A stretch of DNA of 64,000 nt from Thermogemmatispora sp. Lineage in GTDB: Bacteria > Chloroflexota > Ktedonobacteria > Ktedonobacterales > Ktedonobacteraceae. Below the pieces are notes generated by a model. It was not told the DNA's origin and searched no databases. It saw only the letters and a list, made by a program, of their open reading frames with translations. Position numbers and translations under genes: made by a program. The DNA is taken from assembly GCF_019683635.1 (NCBI RefSeq), contig NZ_JADGIA010000003.1, positions 19,323 to 83,322 on the forward strand, given 5' to 3'. Shown piece by piece: positions 10,101 to 18,845 of this stretch (position 1 is the first letter of the stretch; each line of letters opens with the position of its first letter).

Positions 10101-11637
10101 CTATGCCATCCGCATTCTGGCTCGGACAAGTGTCACTTTCAGCGACCTCAGCTTCAGTGAGCGACAGCCAAGCCCAGGTGATTTCTTCCTCAATCAGGGG
10201 AATCTGACCTTGCAACGCTGCCGCATTGCTCAGATTACCATTTCCCCCGTCAGCGAGAGCAATGGGCCATCCCTGCCCGGAGGCAGTGCGATCGAGAATA
10301 GCCAGCAAGGCAATCTGACCCTGCTACAGAGCACCATAACGCATGTCCAGGCCAGCGGAGTTGAGGCCCACGCCGCAGCTATTCTCAATAATGGAGGGAA
10401 GGCCACTCTGAACGCGAGCCAGATTACGGGCAATAGCGTTAAGGATAGTGGGACCAGCAGCAACGGTGCAGCAGGAGCGGTTATCGTCAGCCTCGGAGGC
10501 AGCCTGACCCTGAACGGCAGCAACGTTTCTGACAATCAGGTCAGCAGCCAGGAAAGTGCCTTCGGCGGCGGCATTTTCGCCCTCAATAGCACCGTTCAGC
10601 TCATCAACACGCGCCTGGTTGACAACAGCATCGTGGCAGCTCAGGACGCGGCAGGCGCAGGTCTACAGGCCTCTGGAAGCAAAGTAACTCTTAAGAACAC
10701 GCTGGTCAGCAACAACAAGGTGCAGGCCCATTTCGCTGTCGGGGCGGGCCTCTTCCTGCTAGGAGGGCAGCTGACCATCATGGAGAGCACGGTGAGTGGC
10801 AACCGTGCCAGTAGTCAGGATGACCGCGCTGCGGGAGGAGGCGTGTTTGCCGAAGGGACGCTGACGATCAGCAACAGTACTGTCAGCCATAACGTGGTGA
10901 TCTCGACCTCCTCGGTCAAAGAGGCTGCCATTGGCGCCGGCATCGGGGTTACAGGTAGCCTGGTCATGACGGCCAGTACCGTGGCAGACAATCAGGCCCA
11001 GGCCCCAGCCAGTGATGCCGAAGGTGGAGGCCTCTTAGCGCTCTCTCTGTCTTCATCTTCGGGATCTTCGGGCGTTCAGAAGACTATGCTCACGCTGGTC
11101 AATTCCACGCTTTCGGGTAATAGTGTACAGGGGAAACGGAGAAGCTCTGGAGGCGGCTTGTTCATCAACGAGAGCGATGGCCGGCTCGACTTCTGCACTA
11201 TCTATGGCAACCACGCGGCTGCCGGAGGCGGCCTGTTCATCTTACCAGGGAGTGGAGAGGGACAGGATTCACAGGTTACACTCCTGAACTCCCTGCTGGC
11301 CGCTAATACTGCTAACATGGCCCCTGACCTGTTGGGGCAGGTGACGAGCGGAGGCTATAACCTCATTCAGCGAGCCTCTGGGGCCAAATTTCTCGACCCT
11401 TCTGGACGTCACCATCTTGATCTCGTCGACACTGGCTCGACCCCACTCGACATTGATCCACTGCTGCGTGCCAACGGGGGACCCACACAGACACATGCCC
11501 TGCTGGCGGGTAGTCCTGCGATCAACCGTATTCCTGCCGCCGACTGCGATGTCGCGATCGATCAGCGCGGCCTGCGACGACCACAGCAGGGAGCCTGCGA
11601 TATCGGGGCCTACGAGTATAGCCCCACAGCGCAGTGA
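7105..11637 (+). CDS. Multidomain membrane receptor: Hanks Ser/Thr kinase + TIR-like + nSTAND1-type P-loop NTPase + TM + extracellular beta-helix (choice-of-anchor Q-like end)
   Basis: Kinase motifs LGSGSYGAVY, VAIK, HRDVKPAN, DFG and YMAPE. STAND motifs NPYKGLRAF..FFGRE, GGIGVGKSS and LVIDQFEE. One hydrophobic helix RLALVVLLILGLLIPASWLLY. Then DDGPGSLRQVI, GGG/N-rich repeats and NGGPTQTHALLAGSPAI...DQRG..CDIGAYE. Start placed at ATG 7105 after GGAGGAG. Confidence 0.85.
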   Translation: MMRQGQRLGNYHLIRLLGSGSYGAVYLAEHLYLKTQVAIKVLTQLLKEEDEQAFLHEAQILARLRHEHIVPVHEFAIERGLPYLVMEYLPEGTLLDRHPRGTRLPLPTVVSYVYQLAGALQYAHDRNIVHRDVKPANVLLGSKGLLLSDFGIALPLLRKEGVGESAPVGTLPYMAPEQFRGRPSFASDQYALAIMAYELLCGARPFQGGAADLMNQHLTKEPPALREHDPALPESVDRVIRRALAKKAEDRYPAIILFARALGKAVSEAMSREEIDKSLTWRPLEVRSRSRAGDAQHSWSVILAIQDEQSPIGQRLQQELQERGLTVIMAQRYEQADELKLRQVMRAAQLVLVGLTAQDQALPVSEQLLQMAHLYQRPVRYLLVGAAPPAGSTWPLAEMVPPALLSDGSGARYRQALDEIIQQIEDGQWGRQRQKQAIVTLEEEGKARNPYKGLRAFTQEDQGDFFGRERLVQELLARLATLLGQDPAQSSSARLLALIGGIGVGKSSLLMAGLLPRLQAGALPGSENWRYLSAFRPAYRPLEALAEVLAAGGNQQEKETIHTALVQGDSAALHRLALTLAPDHSYLVLVIDQFEELFTPEVAEAERRRFIDLIATAVSIPHGKLLLLLTLRADCYDRPLAYPSLAQLLQGPAHCPIGPMTLDELRAVIEQPALLPDVQLVFDEDLVADLLLDIRDQPGALPLLEFTLDQLFQQRRGSRLTRRAYEAIGGVRGALARHAETTYASLPSDRHRFLARQLFLRLVQPGREGQAPMRRQARQSELALPDEQETRLMQETYEAFVAARLLTVERRAGEVMLEVSHEALLQEWPQLVDWVRQAGEDLPLQQRVSADVQEWWRRGKPRDRLYRGSQLKDALRWQERASLSLQEAMFLRASRRARTLARVRLALVVLLILGLLIPASWLLYQQVAPLQVTSLQDDGPGSLRQVIAEAKPGQTISVRPGLTGVLSLTHNLDIGKSLTIRGPGAAKLTISGQPGLEASYAIRILARTSVTFSDLSFSERQPSPGDFFLNQGNLTLQRCRIAQITISPVSESNGPSLPGGSAIENSQQGNLTLLQSTITHVQASGVEAHAAAILNNGGKATLNASQITGNSVKDSGTSSNGAAGAVIVSLGGSLTLNGSNVSDNQVSSQESAFGGGIFALNSTVQLINTRLVDNSIVAAQDAAGAGLQASGSKVTLKNTLVSNNKVQAHFAVGAGLFLLGGQLTIMESTVSGNRASSQDDRAAGGGVFAEGTLTISNSTVSHNVVISTSSVKEAAIGAGIGVTGSLVMTASTVADNQAQAPASDAEGGGLLALSLSSSSGSSGVQKTMLTLVNSTLSGNSVQGKRRSSGGGLFINESDGRLDFCTIYGNHAAAGGGLFILPGSGEGQDSQVTLLNSLLAANTANMAPDLLGQVTSGGYNLIQRASGAKFLDPSGRHHLDLVDTGSTPLDIDPLLRANGGPTQTHALLAGSPAINRIPAADCDVAIDQRGLRRPQQGACDIGAYEYSPTAQ

Positions 11638-11950
11638 GAGAGGGCGCGATGCGCCTTCGACTCTGCCTGCTGCCTGCCCAGGCTCCCTGCCCGGCCCGCT
11701 CCTCGGCTCGGGCCGGGACTGTCATCAGCCACAATCATGTTTGCCCTGCCCGCTTGTCTCCGCTCCTTGCGCCTGCTCGCTCCTTGCATCCCCGTTGTTC
11801 AACTGCCGGAATCGCTGACCTTGATCATTTAGTTTGAATGTAGTATAGTTGGTAAGTGAGATAATTTGAATATCGAATTAAAGGCCGGTCGCTTCCGGGT
11901 GCTGGCGCCTGGGGAGCGTTGGCACGGCGGCCAGGCGAAGGAGGAAGGGT

Positions 11951-12724
11951 ATGAGCGGAGAGTCTGGTAGCATTGACCAGATGAGAGCCGTGACCATTTC
12001 ACGTGAATATGGCAGCGGTGGGGGTGAGATTGCCAGAAGACTGGCTGAGCGCTTAGGCTGGCATCTGGTGGATCACGAAGTTGTGGTCCAGGTGGCGCGG
12101 GAGCTGGGGGTCAGCGAGGAGGAGGCTGCTGCACGTGATGAGCATGTCGAGAGCCTCCTTTCGCGCATCCTCGCCAGCATGCAGGGTATTGCGCCAGCGG
12201 TCTATCCGGCCATTTACGATGAGAGTACACCAGTAGCTCTCTTTACCAATCCCGACGAATATCGCGAAGCCGTCAATCGCGTCATCAGGGGAGCCTTTGC
12301 CGTTGGGCACGTCGTTATTGTCGGGCGCGGGGCCCAAGTTGTGCTGAGAGAGCGGCGAGATGTCCTGCATGTGCGCATTGTGGCCTCGCTGGAGAGGCGT
12401 GTACCCTATGTGATGCGCCGTGAGGGTCTGGATGAGCACGCGGCGCGCTCGCGTATCCAGAGCAAGGATCATGATCGCGAGCGCTATCTGCAGACTGAAT
12501 ATCGGCGGCACCCCGCCGATGCGCATCTCTATGACCTGGTGGTCAATACCGATGTGCTCGATCTGGATAGCGCCGTCGATCTGATTGTACTGGCCCTAGA
12601 ACGCAAAGCGCGCCGTCTGAACGTGCCGGAACAGGAGCTTGGTCCAGGGGCGGGTCTGGCTCCCTACAGTGGACGCCCCGGCGATCTGCGCCCTCCTTAT
12701 GAGCGAGCCTCGGACAGGGTCTAG
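11951..12724 (+). CDS. Cytidylate kinase-like family protein
   Basis: VTISREYGSGGGEIARRLAERLGW, VIVGRGAQ and YDLVVNTD motifs. RBS AGGAGG. Confidence 0.8.
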   Translation: MSGESGSIDQMRAVTISREYGSGGGEIARRLAERLGWHLVDHEVVVQVARELGVSEEEAAARDEHVESLLSRILASMQGIAPAVYPAIYDESTPVALFTNPDEYREAVNRVIRGAFAVGHVVIVGRGAQVVLRERRDVLHVRIVASLERRVPYVMRREGLDEHAARSRIQSKDHDRERYLQTEYRRHPADAHLYDLVVNTDVLDLDSAVDLIVLALERKARRLNVPEQELGPGAGLAPYSGRPGDLRPPYERASDRV

Positions 12725-12934
12725 AGAGGCTCTGTCAGGCGGCCAGCAAGGACGACGTGAAGCGGCACAGAGCGGCGCCAGCCCCGGGCACCAGGCAGGA
12801 CCAGGAGCGGACCGGGCTGGCGCCCTTCACAGGCATTGCTCAAAGCCGTCCCCAACGCTGGCGGCCTTTTTCTCTGGTTGTTGTATTCATAAAGTGAAAT
12901 GTATCGTTTGAAGAGTATGTAGAGCAGGAAGAAG

Positions 12935-14734
12935 GTGAGCGAGAGCGGTATGGCACGGAGTGAGACATTAGAGCAACAGGTACAGATCAGCGGAGAGCGG
13001 CCCCAGCTTGGTCCACATTACAAGTGGATTGCGCTATCGAACACCACGCTGGGCATGTTGATGGCGACCATCAACTCCAGCATCTTGCTCATTGCGCTCC
13101 CGGCGATTTTCACCGGCATCGGCATCAACCCGCTAGCGCCTGGGGAGACCAACTATTTCCTCTGGTTGCTGCTAGGCTATATGGTTGTCACGGCCACGCT
13201 CCTGGTGACCTTTGGACGGATCTCCGACATGGTCGGGCGTGTCCGTATGTACAACCTGGGGTTTGCCATCTTCACCCTGGGGAGCATCCTCCTTTTCTTA
13301 ACGCCAGGCAAAGGCAACGCAGCGGCTCTGGAGCTGATCATCTTCCGCCTTATCCAGGGTGTGGGCGGTGGCTTCCTCTTTGCCAATAGCACAGCCATTC
13401 TGACCGATGCCTTCCCGCCGCATCAGCGAGGCATGGCGATGGGCATCAACCAGATTGCCTCGATCCTCGGCTCCATCATCGGCCTGATTCTAGGCGGCAT
13501 CCTGGCGACCATCAACTGGCGAGTTGTCTTCCTGGTCAGTGTGCCCTTTGGCCTCTTCGGAACCGTCTGGGCCTACTGGATGCTGCGCGAGACAGCCACC
13601 ATTCGGGGCCATCAGAAGATTGACTGGCTGGGCAACATTACCTTTGCGCTGGGCCTGACCATCTTACTGATTGGCATCACCTATGGCCTTGAACCGTACG
13701 GCAATCAGCCGATGGGCTGGACCAATCCTCTGGTCATTTTGGCGATTGTGGTCGGGATCATTCTATTGGTGGCCTTCGTCTTCGTCGAGCTGCACGTCAG
13801 CGATCCCATGTTCCGTCTGGACCTCTTCAAGATCCGCATGTTCACCGCGGGCAACCTGAGCAGCCTGCTAGCCAGCATTGCACGTGGTGGCCTGCAGTTC
13901 ATGCTGATCATCTGGTTGCAGGGAATCTGGCTGCCACTGCACGGATACAGCTTTGAGGAGACGCCGCTTTGGGCCGGCATCTACATGCTGCCCCTCATGA
14001 TTGGTTTTATCGCCTTTGGACCCTTGAGCGGCTGGCTGTCCGACCGCTTTGGGGCGCGTCTCTTCGCGACTCTGGGCATGGTCATCCAGGCCCTGGGCTT
14101 CCTCTGCTTGACTTTCCTGCCAGCCAATTTCGACTACATCTGGTTTGCGCTGATTCTGCTACTGATGGGCATTGGGCAAGGGATGTTTGCGGCCCCTAAT
14201 ACGACGGCCATTATGAATAGTGTACCAGCGGAGAGGCGCGGCGTGGCTTCTGGCATGCGTTCGACCTTCCAGAACTCGGCCACAGTCATGAGCATTGGCA
14301 TCTTCTTTAGCGTGGTGACCATTGGCCTGGCCACGGCTCTGCCCCCAGCGCTGGCCTCGGGTCTCACCGTTGCTGGGGTCCCGGCGGCGGTGGCGGATAA
14401 GATTGCCCATCTGCCGCCTACCTCGGCCCTCTTCGCCGCTTTCCTGGGCTACAACCCGATGGCCACCCTGCTGCCGGCTGCGGTGCTGCAGCACATCGCC
14501 CCGGCGCAGCGTGCCCATCTGCTTGGGAAGGACTTCTTCCCCAATCTCATCGCCTCGCCGTTCATGGTCGGTCTGCGGGCAGTCTTCTACCTCTCGCTCG
14601 TGCTCTGCCTGCTGGCGGCAGTAGCCTCGCTGCTGCGTGGTCGGCGTTATATCCATGACGTCGAGGCCGCTACGCTGGCAAGCGAAACACAGCAGATGTC
14701 TGCTGCTCCTGCCCAAGGAGGGGCTAAGGACTAG
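12935..14734 (+). CDS. 14-TM MFS transporter (DHA2/EmrB-QacA-like)
   Basis: GRISDMVGRVR motif A, FRLIQGVGG, many hydrophobic helices. Confidence 0.85.
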   Translation: MSESGMARSETLEQQVQISGERPQLGPHYKWIALSNTTLGMLMATINSSILLIALPAIFTGIGINPLAPGETNYFLWLLLGYMVVTATLLVTFGRISDMVGRVRMYNLGFAIFTLGSILLFLTPGKGNAAALELIIFRLIQGVGGGFLFANSTAILTDAFPPHQRGMAMGINQIASILGSIIGLILGGILATINWRVVFLVSVPFGLFGTVWAYWMLRETATIRGHQKIDWLGNITFALGLTILLIGITYGLEPYGNQPMGWTNPLVILAIVVGIILLVAFVFVELHVSDPMFRLDLFKIRMFTAGNLSSLLASIARGGLQFMLIIWLQGIWLPLHGYSFEETPLWAGIYMLPLMIGFIAFGPLSGWLSDRFGARLFATLGMVIQALGFLCLTFLPANFDYIWFALILLLMGIGQGMFAAPNTTAIMNSVPAERRGVASGMRSTFQNSATVMSIGIFFSVVTIGLATALPPALASGLTVAGVPAAVADKIAHLPPTSALFAAFLGYNPMATLLPAAVLQHIAPAQRAHLLGKDFFPNLIASPFMVGLRAVFYLSLVLCLLAAVASLLRGRRYIHDVEAATLASETQQMSAAPAQGGAKD

Positions 14735-14909
14735 GAAGAGTGCCGTTGGCGATTGGCAGGAGCCATGTGCGAGCGCGGGACCGGGACCGGAGGCAATCCG
14801 GCTGGCCCGCGCTCGCCTCATTTGGGCGGGGTGCTATCTACGCTGCTGGGGCCGCTCTCCTGTGCTGCAGCCTGTCTGTCCACAGGAGGCGTGGCCCTGC
14901 TGTCCGTGA

Positions 14910-17900
14910 CTAATCCTCGTTCAAGCGCAGGGTGCGAGCCACGGTCAGGCGTGTCACCAGCGATACAATCAAGATCAGCGCGAGTAAGCAGATGAGAGCT
15001 AACGCGGCCAGCAATGCGAGCAAAGTCGGTGGAAAAATGAGCTGCACAGCGGGCACACGCTGCGAGACGTAGAGGGCGGTACCGCCGAGAGAGGAGCTGG
15101 AGCTAGTGCTCGGGGCGCCGGTGAAGATCAGTGCTGGTACCACCAACCAGACGAGTACGAGGCCGAAGACGATTCCCAGGGCAATCGCCATCACGTAGAT
15201 CAGCCCTTGTTCCCAGGCCAGCGTCGTGGCGAGCTGGCGGGTACTGCTACCCAGGGCGCGGAGCACGGCAAATTGTAGGAGACGGCTGCGGGTGCTCTGC
15301 CACGAAGCTAGCAGGTTCCCGACGAGTGCGAGCAGCAGAGCGGCGATTACGCCGAGTGTCAACAGGCCCAGGAGATCAAGATAGAGCGGCTCGTAGCGTA
15401 ATTCCTCTAACAAAGCGCGCCGATCATAGACCTGTGTTAGCTCTACATCGCTGTTAGTCAGCAGAAAGCGGAGATGTCGCAGATCCGCGGCATTCTCCGA
15501 GGTACGCAGCCAGACATAGTTGAGCGGGAGCAGGTCGCTGCCAGCGGCGAGAGCTGGTCCCTCGAAAATATCCGCGTAAGTCCGGTAGTCGACCAGGACA
15601 CCCCCGGCAGGAATGCCGTTAGCGATATTGCCTTGGGGACTGGAAAGCACAGTAGGGATCGCCTGCACCTGGTTGACCACTACAAAGGAGGTCTCGATGG
15701 GTGGCGAGCCGGGAGTCGCGGTCACTGTCAGCGCCAGGGTTGAGCCAGTGGAGAGATGCAACGACTGGGCGGCAGCTTCATCGATGATGGCCGGTACCAG
15801 GTGATGAGCCTCGCCCCAGCTGCGGCGGGCCTGCAAGAGGGCGATCAGCGTAGGCAGCGCCGGGTCGGAGCCTTGCCGCGGCCAGAGAGCTGCCTGCGCA
15901 AAGGTTGCGCTATCAATGGCCCGCAGGGCAATGGGGAGCTGCAGAGAGCCGCCAGCGCTGGCGGTGGTGGCAAAACCAACGGAGGAAGCCAGTACCCCGG
16001 GCAGGTGTCGATAGGAGCTAGTCAGATCCCCTAGATCGTCCAGCCGACCGGTGAAAGCCAATGGCCCGCTGAAGTCGGCCCCTACCGTGTAGGTGGAGAC
16101 ATCCGAGGCTCGCTGCGTCTGTGAGCTGAGAAAGACTAGACTGAAGATGGCAAAGGCTGTCGCCAGGGCCAGCAGCAGGGTCATGCGCGCCGGCTGGCGC
16201 GGAGAGCGCTCTAGTTGAGCCACTGCCAGTAGAGGAGCAGCCCCGCGCCGTCTCGCTGCCAGTCTGCTGGCCAGGGCCAACATGTGTGGCAAAAGGCGTA
16301 AAAATAGCAAGATGGCGGCTAGTAGCAAGCAGACTGCACCGAGGAGTGAGAGCGGAGAGAGCAAGAGCAGGCGCAGGCGGGCATCGAGCACATTGCTGTT
16401 CACGAAATAGAGAGAGAGGCCGTAGCCAGCCAGCATCAGGAGCAAGAAAACGATATCGAGATGCAGGCGGCGCCAGAGCGGACGATGGCTTGCTCGCGTC
16501 ATTTCACGACGCAGGCTGACGACATTCGAGCGGAGCGGGCGCCAGAGTCCGGTGAGCAAAGCCCCCAGAGCGGCAAGAGCAGTCAGTCCTGCGGGCCAGC
16601 CCAGGGACGACAGGAGAGAATGCCAATCCTGGGACAGCAGACTCAAGACGCTCGGGCTAGTGACTGGTAAGAGACGAGCAGCCAACCACTGCACCAGCAA
16701 CCCGGCTCCACCCAGGCCCAACAGCAGGGCGAGCGCGCCCAGCAGCAGGCCCTGGCAGGCAAAAAGGCCAAAGATCTGGCTGCGGCTCAAACCGCGGCTG
16801 CGCAGCACAGCGATCGCCTCGCTCTGGCGGTCGACCAGCAAATCGGCTATTACGCTCACGAAGAAGAGCAACAGCGCCACGATGAGCACCAGGATGGCAG
16901 TGATTGGTATGCTTACCAAGGCAATACTATTCTGATATTGTGAGAGAGTATCAGAAGGCAGGGAGACCGTTGTGCCTGTCACAAATGGCTCCTGCGTCAG
17001 GGCAGCCGGGCTATCCTCAGCGCTGCGGTTGGCCACGTCGAGCTGCAGACTATGCGCACCGGTGGTAAGGGCCGAGAGCTGATCGATCGTAATGCGTGTT
17101 GGCTGCAGCTCATAGAGCCAGTAGAGCACTGGTTGAGTCGTAAGAGGAGCGGGATTCTGCTCGCCTTGCAGTTGTTGATAGAAGCTATCGAGCACCGTCA
17201 CCAGGGTAGTGGTATCGGCCAACGCCGTATAGTCCGCCCCTTCTCCATTGAGGCCCACCCCCTGATGATCAGCGCTCAGGAACGTCTCCTGATGCCAGAA
17301 CGGATCTTCGTCCAGGCTGGTCCCGTGGTACTGGTTGGCGAAAATCCCCGTGACGTGGAGCGTCAGCGTGCGAATGCGGCGCCAACTGGAAGGAACCTTA
17401 CCGGTCAAGCCTGGGAAATCGTAGACCAGCTGAATAGCCAGAGTTTCACCGACGTGGACCTGCCAGCGCTGGGCCTCCTGCTGGCTGAGGGCGATGGCCA
17501 GGCTGGCCCCTGTGGCGGTCACCTGACGCCGTGCCTGATCCGCAGTCAGTGCTGGGGGCAAGCTGCCCGAGACGACGGTCAGGTGCTGAGCGGCCTGGCT
17601 GATAGGCTGTGTAAAAAGGGCCAGGTCATCAACGGCGGGATTCAAGCGCTGACCATCGCGTGCCACCACCTTCTGCCAGGGAACATCGAGCGAGAGGTGC
17701 AACGGTCCGACGTAAGGGCCAAGATACTGATGGACATCCTGATCGATAGCGTCGGTGATAGGGCTAAGCACAGCAGCATTGATCTGCTGTGTTGTCGCCT
17801 GTACGAACACCGCGCGATTTTGGGGGCTGGCCAGCAAGACTGCCCGCAAGCTCGCCGTCATAGCCAGCGTCGAATAGAGCGGTCCTGAAGCAGCGAGGAT

Positions 17901-18074
17901 GACTGCGGCCAGCATGCCAAGCCCGGCAACCAGCAACAGGCCGCGGCTACTCCGTGTACGCCACCAGGCCAGGCGTAAGACGGAAAAGACAGGGGCTGGC
18001 CTGCCGCGCCGTGGTGGGGCTGGTGGCTGAGATGAGGGTCTCTGTACTGGCGAGCTGCGCTCGGTGGTGGCCAT
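14910..18074 (-). CDS. Large ABC transporter permease (FtsX/MacB-like), paralog 2
   Basis: Repeated AVLRSRG and AVLRALG FtsX motifs, two large extracytoplasmic loops, RBS GAGGAGG. Confidence 0.85.
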   Translation of the reverse strand: MATTERSSPVQRPSSQPPAPPRRGRPAPVFSVLRLAWWRTRSSRGLLLVAGLGMLAAVILAASGPLYSTLAMTASLRAVLLASPQNRAVFVQATTQQINAAVLSPITDAIDQDVHQYLGPYVGPLHLSLDVPWQKVVARDGQRLNPAVDDLALFTQPISQAAQHLTVVSGSLPPALTADQARRQVTATGASLAIALSQQEAQRWQVHVGETLAIQLVYDFPGLTGKVPSSWRRIRTLTLHVTGIFANQYHGTSLDEDPFWHQETFLSADHQGVGLNGEGADYTALADTTTLVTVLDSFYQQLQGEQNPAPLTTQPVLYWLYELQPTRITIDQLSALTTGAHSLQLDVANRSAEDSPAALTQEPFVTGTTVSLPSDTLSQYQNSIALVSIPITAILVLIVALLLFFVSVIADLLVDRQSEAIAVLRSRGLSRSQIFGLFACQGLLLGALALLLGLGGAGLLVQWLAARLLPVTSPSVLSLLSQDWHSLLSSLGWPAGLTALAALGALLTGLWRPLRSNVVSLRREMTRASHRPLWRRLHLDIVFLLLMLAGYGLSLYFVNSNVLDARLRLLLLSPLSLLGAVCLLLAAILLFLRLLPHMLALASRLAARRRGAAPLLAVAQLERSPRQPARMTLLLALATAFAIFSLVFLSSQTQRASDVSTYTVGADFSGPLAFTGRLDDLGDLTSSYRHLPGVLASSVGFATTASAGGSLQLPIALRAIDSATFAQAALWPRQGSDPALPTLIALLQARRSWGEAHHLVPAIIDEAAAQSLHLSTGSTLALTVTATPGSPPIETSFVVVNQVQAIPTVLSSPQGNIANGIPAGGVLVDYRTYADIFEGPALAAGSDLLPLNYVWLRTSENAADLRHLRFLLTNSDVELTQVYDRRALLEELRYEPLYLDLLGLLTLGVIAALLLALVGNLLASWQSTRSRLLQFAVLRALGSSTRQLATTLAWEQGLIYVMAIALGIVFGLVLVWLVVPALIFTGAPSTSSSSSLGGTALYVSQRVPAVQLIFPPTLLALLAALALICLLALILIVSLVTRLTVARTLRLNED

Positions 18075-18092
18075 CGACTTCTACCTCCTCTC

Positions 18093-18845
18093 CTAGAGCT
18101 GCCAACCTGGCTCACGTAGGACTCCATCTGAGATCTCAAGCACGCGGTCGGCCAGCATCACGGCCTCGGGATCATGGGTAGCCATCAGCAGGCCGATCCC
18201 TCGCTCATGGGCCACCTCCCGCAGCAACTGCATCATCGCGCGGGCCGTGGTCGTATCCAGGTTGCCCGTCGGCTCATCGGCCACAAGCAAGCGCGGCTCA
18301 TGTACCAAAGCTCGGGCCAGGGCCACCCGCTGCTGTTCGCCGCCGGACAGCTCAAGACCGCGATGGCGCAGACGGTGAGCCAGCCCCACGCGCTCCAGGG
18401 CTGCCTGTGCCCGCTGGCGGCGCTCCTTCGACTCCATATGCACCAGGCGCAATGGCACCTCGACATTCTCCTGAGCTGTCAACGATGGGAAGAGATGCGC
18501 GTTTTGGAAGACCATGCCGATGGCCTCCCGACGCAGACGAGCACGGGCCTGCTCGTTCAGGTGGCGCAAGCGCTGCCCGAGCAAGATCACCTCACCTTCG
18601 GTGGGATCGTCAAGACCGACCAAAATATTAAGCAGGGTGGTCTTGCCCGAGCCGGAGCGTCCACGCAGGATCACAAACTCTCCTGGCTCGATGCGCAGCG
18701 TCACGCCGCGCAGGGCCTGCACCACACTCTGACCGCTACGAAACTCCCGCCTGACGTTGTATGCCTCAACCACCGCCGGCACCGGCGACTGAAAAGCTCG
18801 ACTGCCCCGGAGGGGACGCTGATCAAAGTCAAGCTGCTCTTCCAT
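18093..18845 (-). CDS. ABC transporter ATP-binding protein (LolD/MacB-like)
   Basis: GRSGSGKTT, LSGGEQQRV, ADEPTGNLD, ATHD. TAATG overlap with the upstream ATPase gene. Confidence 0.92.
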   Translation of the reverse strand: MEEQLDFDQRPLRGSRAFQSPVPAVVEAYNVRREFRSGQSVVQALRGVTLRIEPGEFVILRGRSGSGKTTLLNILVGLDDPTEGEVILLGQRLRHLNEQARARLRREAIGMVFQNAHLFPSLTAQENVEVPLRLVHMESKERRQRAQAALERVGLAHRLRHRGLELSGGEQQRVALARALVHEPRLLVADEPTGNLDTTTARAMMQLLREVAHERGIGLLMATHDPEAVMLADRVLEISDGVLREPGWQL

